Shown piece by piece: positions 1-10,527 of a DNA stretch of 64,000 bases. A program made the translations under genes and the position numbers. This DNA comes from Vezdaea acicularis (lineage: Eukaryota). Where the stretch lies: NCBI GenBank assembly GCA_026025075.1, contig JAPEUI010000001.1, forward strand, positions 186,001 to 250,000. Direction: 5' to 3'. The notes beneath the pieces are model-generated. The model did not search any database. It had not been told where the DNA came from and saw only the letters and a program-made list of their open reading frames with translations. Within the stretch, counting starts at the first letter, position 1. Every line of letters starts with the position of its first letter.

Positions 1-1500
1 GGGTTGACAGATGCTCAGGCCCCAGGGCTTTCTCCTTTCCCTTCAATGCCCTGTTGTACAAAGCTTCAGCATCGTCTAGCTTGCCCTGATCACTGTATAA
101 ATTGGCTATGTTGTTGACGGTATTAAGAGTTGATAGGTGCTCTGACCCCAGGACTTTCTCTTTTCCCTCCAATGCCTTGCTATACAAAGCCTCAGCCTCA
201 TCTAGCTTGCCTGTGCTGCTATATAAGTTGGCCAAATTGCTGATGGTGTAAAGGGTTGACGGGTGTTCATGTCCCAGGGCCCTCTCCTGTCTAGCCAATG
301 CTCTCAAGTACAAGGCCTCAGCCTCATCCAGCTTGCCAGTGTCGCTATATAAGTTGGCCAAATTACTGATGGTATTAAGAGTTGACGGGTGCTCTGGCCC
401 CAACGCTTTCTCTTTTCCCTCCAATGTCCTGCTATACAAGGCCTCAGCCTCATCCAGTTTGCCTCGACTGCTATATAAGTTGGCCAGATTGCTGATTGTG
501 TTAAGGGTTGACGGGTGTTCACGTCCCAAGGCCTTCTCCTCTCCAGCCAATGCTCTCAAGTACAAGATTTCGGCATCAGCTAACCTGCCTTCTTGATGAT
601 ACAAGCTGGCAAGATTATTGAGGGTACTGAGGGTTGATCCGTGCTCTGGCCCCAGCGCTGCTATATATCCATTTGATGCTCGCTGGTACAAAGGTTCGGC
701 CTTTGTAAGCTCGCCTCTCTCACTATAAAGATTGGCCAGGTTGTTGACAGTATTGAGTGTTGATGTGTGCTCCGACCCCAAGGCCTTCTCTTTCCCTGCT
801 ATCACTCTTAGATACATACTTTCTGCCTCTTGTAGCCTGCCTTTCTTAGTATACAAGCTAGCTAGATTGTGGACTACTTCCAGCGTCGACGTATGTTCAG
901 GCCCTAAAGCCTTCTCCAGTCCATCTAATGCTCGTATATCCATATACTCGGCCTCATCCAGCATGCCTTGATCGGCATATATATTGCCCAAATTACCCGC
1001 TGTGATGAGGGTTGACGGATGTTCCGGCCCTACTGCTTCTTCGTATCCGGCTAGTGCTCGCCTATACATCGCCTCAGCTTCGGCCAACCTACCTTCGTTA
1101 CTATAAAGCAAGCCAAGATTATTGATTGTCTCAAGCTCTGGAATATGAGCCGGATCCGCTAAATTCTTAAGCCCAGCCAGTACCAGGAGTAGCAGTGATT
1201 CGGCGTCTCGCCATTTGCCTTGGGCTGTATATAATGCTCCTAGGTTGTTTATCGTACGGAGCGTTGATGGGTGCTCCGGCCCTAACTTTTGTTTGAATCC
1301 TTTCAAGGCTTGTTGAAACATGGATTCAGCATCTACAAGCTTGCCTTGTGAATTATACAGAAGACCCAGGTCATCCATTGTATGTAGCGTCGATGGGTTA
1401 TCAGGTCCAAGAACCCTTTCCTTTTCGTTCAACGCGAGTTGATACATTTTCTCAGCCTCCTTTAGCTTTCCCTGGTCATGATATAGCCTGCCTAAAACGT
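1..1500 (-). repeat. Coding tandem array of at least 12 x 126-bp (42-aa) TPR repeats
   Basis: A LGxEHPSTL-type motif recurs about every 126 bp (near 1390, 1264, 1138, 1012, 886, 760, 634, 508, 382, 256, 130 and 4). The DNA 16-mer ctatataagttggcca recurs near 220, 346 and 472. Confidence 0.95.
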
Positions 1501-4141
1501 GAAAAGATTCTCCACTAGACGGAGTTCTCACTTGATAGCTATCATCAACCTGTACCTCCATAAATAACTTTAAACAGCGGCTAGCATGGGGCAAAAGTCG
1601 TCGCTTTAGTGCATAGCTATTTGTATTTAGCTCTGTCGGTACCAATGAGCATATACAGCTAAGCGCTAGACAGATCATGGAATGATCGAGTTTGCTGTTG
1701 AGGGCGTTCAATGTCCAGTCGTGAAGAAGGGAATGCATACCAAATCCACCAGAGTGATTTGGTCCATTGATAAGACCGAAGTTATGAAGGTTCTTTATCG
1801 TTCTCATGAATGTGCTTTTGGATTGAGCTATAGTCTTCATCCACTCCGGAACATCTTCTGTCCCTGCAGCTAAGAGGTCAAACCAAACGTCTTGATTGTC
1901 GAAGTACGCCCAGAGTCGCAGTAGTTGTACGGCCGCTTTATCTTGCTGACGCAAGAGATTAAGTGACATGTTCCAAGTTCCATAGAGTGGGACTTCACAG
2001 GATGAGAGCTTTGGGGTGGTAAGTTGTCGAGTGGACAATACTTGAAGATATTTCTGCAAATATTCAGCAACTGTTATCATGCTGCGACTTAGGTAAGTTC
2101 CGGCAATAGACAGTGCAAGCGCATTGCCGTCAAGTAATTTCCACAATTCTCCGACGTCGGGATCTAATAGTCAAGGTTAGCTAAGTACCACAACACCAAT
2201 ACCCAAGCTTTCAACCTTACCTTGTCCTAAATCAACCCGGCCGGATGTCTGTGCTAGAATCGAGATGCCCTCATTTTCAGATAATTTAGAAACATCAATC
2301 GAAGTTCCAATCCTGGGGCCCTGCAAGCGTGTCGTGACAATGATAGAGCCTTGGCGAGTTTCAGGAAAGTAGATTTGAATGTTGTACGCGGGAGAGTCAG
2401 CGTTGTCAAATATTAGTAGCCAGCGCTCATTTCCTGGCAATTCCAACCAGCGCTTGACTGCTTGCACCAGTTCATTGAGAGCTAATAGATCTTGTGATTC
2501 TTCCAGCAATTCTTGAGGAATGGCTCCACTAGGAAGTTTCTCAGCAATCTCAAGAAAGCTCCGCTGCAGTGTCTCTTCATCACGAGCGTCAAACCATAGA
2601 ATGGCGTCGTAGGCTTGTTGATGTTGCCTGGCAAAATGAGTTGCTATCTGAGTCTTTCCTACTCCTCCCATGCCAAAGAGAACAACAACCTTGCGTAGTG
2701 AACCTGTAGGAGAGAAAAGGTTTTGCTCCATTGAGGACATAATCTCCTCTCTACCAACAAAGTGAATGGCCTCCCGTGTGTCAGAGGGGTAGAAAGGTAC
2801 CGTGAATTGATCTTTAAATGAGACAGAAGATGGGGTAATGAGCTTTGAGTAATCTGACTTCTCTCCATCCCAGACTAATCATTGTAAGTTTTTTTCTAAA
2901 TATCTCAGAATGAAAAGGAGACATCGATCCACATACATTTCTTATGGCTCAGATTGACAGCACAGTCATGGATCTGATTTCTGATCGGCTTTTCGTGCAG
3001 ATAACGCGTGATAGCCCACCGAACATCGTTCCACACTTCGTACTCTTCCCAAAAATCCCTCTGCAATCCTCGCTTTACGTTGAATCGGAAATAACGTTGC
3101 TCTGTGTAAAGAAGATCTCGGTGATTAATTGCAAATTCACGTTCTGCGTTCTCAGTCTGCGTTGCAATATCTCTGAGGGTTTCGAGAGTAGGCCGCAGCT
3201 CACGACCTTCTGGTAAAGTTCGGAGATTTCCGGGCCCAATCGACACCATACACTTGACCACTGATTCAAACCTGCCTTGCTTCGGCATCCAGATGTCTTG
3301 TGCCTCGGCCCAAACTTCATTCAGTGGGCTGATTTCTCCCAAAGTCTGATCAACATATTCCTGGCCATAGTATCCTTGTTCGATCCGATCAGGATCGAAC
3401 AACGGGCTTGCCGCACACGTCGCTAGTGCAGCCTGCCATATTGTGGCACTTTCTTCAGCCTTTGTGGTGTCACAGGGGTAGGTACGAAGCCTTGAAATTG
3501 ATTTGTTGGCTTTTCGTACAGCACATACAAATCTAACTCAAATCAGCGTTAAGACATTTTCTATTGGAGCAACGCAGTATTACGCTCGACATCTTCGTGG
3601 CTCTGGTCCGTTATCATTGAGCAGCGCTATTTCTGGATCTTCATGTCGCGATATAATGCGTTTTATGCCTGCTCTAAAGGCATACGGTTTTAGCTGCAGA
3701 GCAAATCGCATCCGTGGTGGCTCAAGCTCATCTTCCATTAAATCCTCGAGGAGCCAGATACATCTGCCAACGTCCATTTCTAACCGACCGAGCATGATCG
3801 CAATAAGGCTGAAGAATATGCATTAGCTAGAATTCAGTGGAATTAAGATGAGCCCTGCATGTGAGACCTACCCGCCATAGGATGTCCCTCCAATAAGATC
3901 AAACACTTCACAAGGTTTCACTGCTGGAAGCCCATTCTCTTGACGCACCGAGTTGATACTTCTCATAAGCTCTCGAAGGATGTAAAGCGTTGATAGTCCA
4001 CAACCACCGTCGCCATCTGTGTCCAGTGACTGTCAGCATTAGATTTAAACACATTGATAGATTGTTCTTACCAAGAGACAGCAAACATAATCCATGCTTA
4101 TCGCGATCAATCTCAACATCCGTGACATGTGCCTGCGCCAT
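1..4141 (-). CDS. NLR-like protein with patatin-like phospholipase, NB-ARC and TPR domains (PLP-1-type architecture); 6 exons, 3' end outside the window
   Basis: Manual splicing with five introns (approx. 4071-4017, 3871-3809, 3583-3533, 2936-2875, 2220-2164) gives one frame: MAQAHV..GLCLLSL|DGDGGCGLSTLYIL..PCEVFDLIGGTSYG|GLIAIMLGRL (patatin), then FVGRE, P-loop GMGGVGKT, Walker B LLIFDNAD, IIVTTR, GNALA, MHSLLHDW, RRLLPHA, then 42-aa TPRs. No stop was seen in the segments translated by hand (~2163-1260 and 360-1); running off the edge without a stop would explain its absence from the ORF track. Confidence 0.93.
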
Positions 4142-4396
4142 GAATATGGTTGGTGATCTTCAAGCTGATAAACGTACAAAGAATATAAGATCAAGAATAG
4201 TTATAGCCTGGTACGAGAATATGTAAAGATAGAGATAGGTCTAGCAAGCACAAGCACATTGGCTTTAGCAGCTTTTGCGAGTAGCGAAGGAAGTAAGGGG
4301 GCCTTTGTTGGTATTAATCCAAGTCCCTCATGCATGCAAGCAAACTCGCAGTGCTCGGGTCCAGGATGCGGGAGTTCAAGAGATGATTTGTGCTGG

Positions 4397-4524
4397 CTCG
4401 TTTCGCCTCAGCCTTGCGAATACATTGTGTATGTACCCTCTACGAACGAGGCTACATGTACTGACTCGTCTCGCCTCAGCCTTGCGAACACTTTGTATAT
4501 CCTCCACGTACCAGGGTACATGTG
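4397..4524. repeat. Imperfect direct tandem duplication (2 copies, period 68 bp) upstream of the NLR
   Basis: ctcgtttcgcctcagccttgcgaatacattgtgtat...gctacatgta (4397) versus ctcgtctcgcctcagccttgcgaacactttgtatat...ggtacatgtg (4465). Confidence 0.9.
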
Positions 4525-5244
4525 CGCGCCACCTTTCGAAATTTGTCGTCTTCACAAAACGTCTGTCCGTCAAAAAGCCGAGTCGTCATTATGTCAAGGT
4601 AGGTCATACATAGGGAGATAGTTCCCACACTGTTGATAGACTCCTCATTTCAAGACATCAGACCGCGTGCAAGAACCTAACAAGGAAAGTCTCTCCTGAA
4701 GCTAAGGAAAAGTGGTTTTGTGGGATATGCTGTATTAAGTGAGTTCCTGATGTCCGGGAGGACGCCCATATGCATTATTCGTCCATGAATACTGCTCGAT
4801 ATTAGAAGTCCGTCCGCTATAAAGAGGCTTGTTGTACGTCGGGGCTCGGAGGAATAGTTCGCCCAGTGCGCTTTTGTCCTGACGAATCAGAGCTGTGGAA
4901 ACCGGACGCAACGGCTTCTGATTAGCTCGGGCCCTGATCGCGCTAGGCGGAATATACAAGGTAGCCCTGTGTGCCCTCGGGAGCATCGTCTATTTTCATC
5001 ATCGGAGCTCATGATGCTGTTATCGCCGGTGAACTCATGACAGCTTCGACGCGCGGAGGAATGCGTATAGTGAATTGGCAGGCCTGTGGTGGATGTACTA
5101 TATAACTGTCTAATCCGTCCCGCTGACTCTCTCTCAATCGCTCTCTCCGCCTCAACATCCAGCTTCTAGCTTTGCCTTCCATTAAACGACAAACTGCTCT
5201 CCTCTTGCTCCTTCCAAGCTTGCGAAGACATCCGTGTATACTCC

Positions 5245-5288
5245 CTCCAACCTCCAACCTCCAACCTCCAATCTACCAATCCACCAAT
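5245..5288 (+). repeat. Degenerate heptamer microsatellite (CTCCAAC)n in the SDR 5' leader
   Basis: ctccaac ctccaac ctccaac ctccaat ctaccaat ccaccaat. Confidence 0.8.
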
Positions 5289-5336
5289 TCGTACTCAATT
5301 TATCCTTTTTCCTCTTCCTCCGTTCCATACGACACA

Positions 5337-6439
5337 ATGGTATCCCTTTCCGCCGTACAAGCCTCCAACGGACGCATCGCGTCCGCCCTCCCCTCTGGCC
5401 TCGTCGCCGTCTTCGTTGGCGCCACCAATGGCATCGGCGAGGCATCGTTGAAGCAATTCGCGAAGGACACCCGCAAGCCGCGCGTATACTTCGTCGGCCG
5501 CTCGCAAGAAGCCGGCACGCGCATCGCCGCCGAGTGCAAGGCCCTGAACGCCGAGGGCGAGTATACGTTCATAAAAGGGGACACCAGCCTCATCCGCAAT
5601 GTGGACGAGATATGCGCTGACCTCAAGCGCAAGGAGAAGTCGATTAACCTGCTCTTCCTCACTATTGGAACGTTGATAGCTGGCGTTGGTACATATCCCC
5701 CCTTCTTCCCCGCACACCATCCCTCTTCAACGCCCATCTGGCTAACCACCACCACCTCCTCCCCACAGAAACCGCCGAAAAGCTTCACTACGCCGCAAGC
5801 TTAGTCCTCTACAGCCGCACGCGCTTCGTCGTGAACCTCCTCCCCGAACTTCAAGCCGCCACCTCTCTCCGCCGCGTCGTTAGCGTCCTCGCCGCCACCA
5901 AGGAAGGCCCGATCAACACCGCCGACCTGCAAGGCTGGAAAGTGCCAATTCTGAAACAGCAGGGACAAGGCGCCTCGCTCGTGACGCTTTCTCTCGAGTC
6001 CCTCGCGCAGAAAGCGCCAGACGTGTCTTTCATCCACAACTTCCCTGGCGCGGTCAAAACCGGCATCGCGCGCGGCACCACCGGCGCCCTCATGGCCGTC
6101 GTCAAGACTGTGTTTACCCTCCTCGGCCCCTTTTTCTACATCCCCCTCAAGGAAGTTGGAGAACGCCATGTCTTTCTCGCCACCAGCGCGAAGTATCCTG
6201 CGCGCAAGGAGGGGGCGGCGACGGCGGGCGTGCCGTTGGGGGAGGGCGTGGTGGTTGCGAGGGGCACGGACGGTCGGCCCGGTAGCGGGGTTTACTCTGT
6301 TGACGTGAACGGAGAAAGTGCAGGGCCGAAGGTAGAGGAGCTGTTGGCGGGGTTCAGGAAGGAGGGGTTGGGGGAGAAGGTGTGGGAGGAGGTGGAGAGT
6401 CAGTTCGTACGGATTACGGGGAAGGTGTCGGCGGCTTAG
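5337..6439 (+). CDS. Atypical short-chain dehydrogenase/reductase (Rossmann-fold oxidoreductase), 2 exons
   Basis: VAVFVGATNGIG nucleotide-binding motif and INLLFLTIG. Intron 5689-5768 (gtacat..gctaac..cacag) joins to ETAEKLHY..LYSRTRF..NLLPEL and SFIHNFPGAVKT. No canonical YxxxK was seen. Confidence 0.9.
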
Positions 6440-6486
6440 AGGGACGCGTTGTGCGTAGCACTTGGTTCGGGCTTGGTGTTCTTTTA

Positions 6487-6671
6487 ATGCGTCTTACAGC
6501 TCTTTTGTAATGTCAATTCAGCGGGATGATAAACTATGGGAGCGAGGGTGCGGTTCAATAAGCTATAGATGCGTCTTACAGCTCATCTGTAATGTCACTT
6601 CAGCGTCTTGATAGGTTGAGGACGCGTGGGTGCGGTTTGATAAAGCTATCAATGCATCTTACAACTTCATC
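6487..6671. repeat. Tandem repeat, period ~82-83 bp, ~2.2 copies, between convergent 3' ends
   Basis: atgcgtcttacagctc..tgtaatgtca.ttcagcg..gggtgcggtt..ataagctat starts at 6487 and 6569; a partial copy (atgcatcttacaact) starts at 6652. Confidence 0.9.
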
Positions 6672-7096
6672 CACAAACCCAATACAGCGGAACAAGACTC
6701 TGAGCAAGGGAACTCTGTCCCTCAATTCCGAACACCCGTTATCAAACTAGCCCCACATCCTCACGCTTCTCTTCCTATCACCAAACACCAATTGAATCCA
6801 CAAGATCATTAAGTCAGAAAGATATATTGACAGCCTAGACAGCCAAGAGAGCCACCCTAAGCACAAGGTCCCTAATATGGGGTATACAGAGAATCAGAAA
6901 TATAGAGGATGCGCCACCACCCAAAAAAAAAATATTAGCCGACAAGATATCCGCCGATGCAGGAACGGCGTAAGTCCCCGCTGGGAAAAAAAACGCCAGG
7001 TCGGTCCTTTGAGGTATGTACATGAATAGATTGGTGCGAAAGTCGCCGTCGTGTGACGAATGAAGCATGAAAAGAGCCAGCTCAGGCCTACAGGGG

Positions 7097-8620
7097 CTAC
7101 TCGAAAGGCTGAGCCGCCCATTCCCCCTCTTTCTCGTGAATGGACTCCTCGCGCTGCCTCTCCGCCTCCTCGCGCTCCCGTTCTTCCTCCTCCCTCTCCT
7201 TCTCCTTCTGTTCCAACTCAAAGCGTTCCCTCTCCTCATTCTCTCTCGCGATGCGTTCGTCGTAATCGTCTTCTAGGTCTTCAGGCCACTGGGGCGTATA
7301 ATCGGCGTCGCCGTCCCAGAGCTTGCGCAGGTTCTGCCGGACGTCGAAGACGATGTCCCACGTGAAGCCCTTGTCGCGGAAGCCGCCTTCTTCCTTGGTG
7401 CGGTCCGAGTCGCGCCCCGTGCTGCCCATCGGCTTGTGCACGCCCACCAGCGGCGGCCAGACGCCCACGCATTTGATATTCTCCTTGCACTCTGACGAGA
7501 TGCTGAGGTCGATGTCGGTGTTTGCGTCCTGGAGGGCCTGCAGGAGGCGCCGCGCGCCGCGCTTCGAGACGGCGTAGCCCGCTAGGCAGATCCCGCCGTC
7601 CGTCGGATACATGATGCGGGTTTGCTCGGGGTACATGCTTGCGTCGGGGAAGCCGACGATAGTCCAGCGCCGGTTGCGGCGGGGAACGGTAGGGCCCTGC
7701 TCCATCACGAAGGTGCGATTGTCGGAGCCCAGGAGGCCTTGCCCGCAGTGGCCTAGCCACAGCATGTCCCAGGTGTCGCCGTAGGGGGAGTTGGGGGTGT
7801 GACGGCTGTTGGGGTCGTTGCTGAAGAGGCGGGCGCCGTAGGCGTAGGAGGAGAGTTGTTCGCGGAAGTGCACGTCCCAGCTGGCATCGTCTTCGAAGAG
7901 GAGGGCGGAGGTTAGGTCGGAGGCTACGATTCTGTGGGGGATGTTAATGGGGGGACTATTGAGAGGGAAGAGGAGGGGGGGAGAGGGGCGTCATAGGCCG
8001 GAAGGAAAGGCGTACTCGTGGAGGACGTTCATGTGGGCGCGCATACAGCCCAAGCTGGCCGTTATGAGTGTTTTGTCCCAGTGCTATGTAGTCGTCAGCG
8101 CTTGACCGCAATGGAGCGGGGTATTGGGAGCAGTACGGGAGGGTACGCCTTCTCATGTATCTTGTCACCATCGACTCCATCACGGAACTCGATATCGATC
8201 CCTGACGCCGAACCGGCGAGGGTCAGGGCATCGCGTTTGTCGGTGCGATCTGGCATGCTCATAGCGAATATCTTTTGAAACTATCGCGCAAAAGTCAGCC
8301 ACCGCCTCCAGCCCAACGTTACCTCAAACAGGTCTGGGCGCGCTTACGCCCAAGGTTCTGTTGTATATAGGATCGTAGCCCTTGCCCCCAGTCTCCCCGA
8401 AGAATGTCGGTGCGTATTTCCATGTTGAGTTGGGGATTTCTTGGAGGGTCACCGAGGCGCGTTCGTGGTTGAAGGCGACGAGGAAGAAGAGAACGCACGA
8501 GACCACGCCCGCGACATAGATACGACGATTGATGCGCCCGCTGCGAATGGCGTCCACGGCCTGCATGATGGGCGACCGCTTCTCGGTCGTCGAGAAGTCC
8601 ATCGCGCCCGGCAAAATCAT
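7097..8620 (-). CDS. Glycosyltransferase family 25-like type II membrane protein, 4 exons
   Basis: N-terminal TM (IYVAGVVSCVLFFLVAF), then IYNRTLG|FQKIFAMSMPDRTDKRD, DGVDG, GCMRAHMN, ALLFEDDASWD, WDMLWLGHC and GYAVS, with an acidic/coiled E-R tail. Introns approx. 8347-8281, 8137-8085 and 8015-7933. Alternative start at 8602. Confidence 0.88.
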
Positions 8621-10527
8621 GGTGAAGAGAAGAGACAAACAGACAGCGACGAAGACACAAGGAAAAGAGATGGACGGAGAAAAAAGGAAGAGGGGGCCCT
8701 AGAAGGGCAAATGGAGCTGTGGCAGACTCCATTCTCGTAGCGTTGCGCACCGCGGTAACAGCCACTGCGGCGACCAGGGGGGCAAAAGTCAGACGGCCTT
8801 TCGTGATTCCCTATCGCCAGAGATTGGCCAAGACCCGCTGCAGCCAAGGCCGCGCTGGAACCCTAAACGAGTGACTTTGGTCGATCGCCTCCACGCGACG
8901 GTTCTCGCCAGTCCCCAGGGGTTTATGATGAGGAAAAGGGGACATGGTACAGGCGCTTTGCTGTGTCAGGGTGTCTTGTTGGATCATGAAGTCCATGATG
9001 GTGCAACGACGTGACAGGCTGATGTGATCGTGCGCTATGGTAGTTTTTTGTGCGCCACAGCCCTCCCACCGAATCGCTACCACGGTAATTTCGTGGGATG
9101 ACTCCATAGCCCTACCGTTGAAAAGGTTCGTGCTACACTCAGCTGAAAACGGGCTCTTCAAGAGCACACTGATCTCTGCGTGGTCGCAGTCAGCTGCAAT
9201 ATTGCTGACTCTTATGCGCAAAGGCTCTCTGAGTAGTTGCGGCGTCCAGAGCGCGACCGAGAAGGCGGTCGACAAGCATAAGGATTTCGACGGTGGGCAA
9301 AACAAGATTAGAGGATCGCGTGGGCGGGCGCTGCCTCCCACGTCTCCCTACCGATAAGCTTGATCGTGATCTCCGAAGCGACCGCCCCTTTTGGTCCAGC
9401 CGACAGCTGTCCAATCGCGTTCAGGAGTCGACCGATCGCTGCGACTTGGTATGCACAATGCGGGAAGAGATACATCAACGAACGAGATGAGATTTCTTTG
9501 CGAGCCCAATTGGTCTGATGCGATTGGCCATCTGCTTATAACTGACATGGCTAACGTTCGGGGCTTGCAAGAAAAGTTCCTAGAATGCCCCTTCTTTCCC
9601 TTAGTGAACAGAGCACAAAATGCCGTTCATGTTGCAGGCTGACAGACGCTTGAAATGCATGAACCTTACAAAAATACGCAGATTTCGTATTCGATTCATA
9701 TTTGAGTCAAGAAAGCCCTTCACATCTTGAGGACCATTCATGCATTTTACAAAAATCAGGTGCTACCAATGATGCTCGTGTCATCGTGTTCGCGTGTCGC
9801 TGGCGAAACGTCAGGCGAGGCGAACGGTGTGTATCGGCCTCTAGATCTTATCTGCTCCCCGGATCGTCAGAGTTACTCCAGAATCATGTCTATCTTGAGC
9901 TGATTAGATCCCCTTCCCAAAAATTGGTCTTACATGGCCCAGGTTTATGTCGCGGCCGTCCATCATATATCTTCAACGGTGGGATCTTCAACATGACGGA
10001 CGAGAGCATCTGCCACTCGACTTTCGCTTCTGAAGAAACATCGATGGATAAGGCTATCCTACCAGACAAGGAGAAAGAGAGACATGATCCATTGATGCAT
10101 TTTTAGAGAAAGGGTTTCATGAGTAAACGTTGTGTACACCTCCTAACGCATGCTGCCTTTCATTCATATGTGCAGATATTTGTCGTATAAACTTGCATTT
10201 GGAGATCGAAAGCACGGGCAGCTACGTCGGCGATATTTGTTTGCCTCTGTATTACTTTGTGTAGAACCTTTCAGCGGTACTTGGGCCATTGCAAGACAGA
10301 AGCTGTCTTGTTTTCTTTTCCTCTGGTTCTTTCCTCACTTCACTTTGTGTAAGCCCTTCGCTTCGCCTGTAAATTTGCCCAAGCGCCTTTAATTTGGGAC
10401 CATATTGACAAAACACTTTGTGTTGTTGTTCTTTCCTACAACACCAAACGTTCAACTCGATCAGTCAATTGATTCTCTGTATATGATCTCGAGCTGCATA
10501 CACTTCCTTTATTTCTCTAGGCCGAAT

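Noticed and set aside
304..2070. Small ORF-track ORFs over the left edge
   Set aside because: Antisense or out-of-frame shadows of the NB-ARC/TPR exon; their periodicity simply mirrors the TPR repeat.
1..4141. NLR as a RIP-inactivated pseudogene
   Set aside because: Although AT-richer, the exons splice in frame with canonical sites and no premature stop was seen in the parts translated.
6487..6671. CRISPR-like repeat/spacer appearance
   Set aside because: Eukaryotic context, only ~2 units, the 'spacers' are homologous to each other, and there are no cas genes.
8800..10500. Several 65-176 aa ORFs between GT25 and the MMS1-like gene
   Set aside because: No motifs, overlapping on both strands and often non-ATG starts; more likely promoter and 5' UTR sequence.
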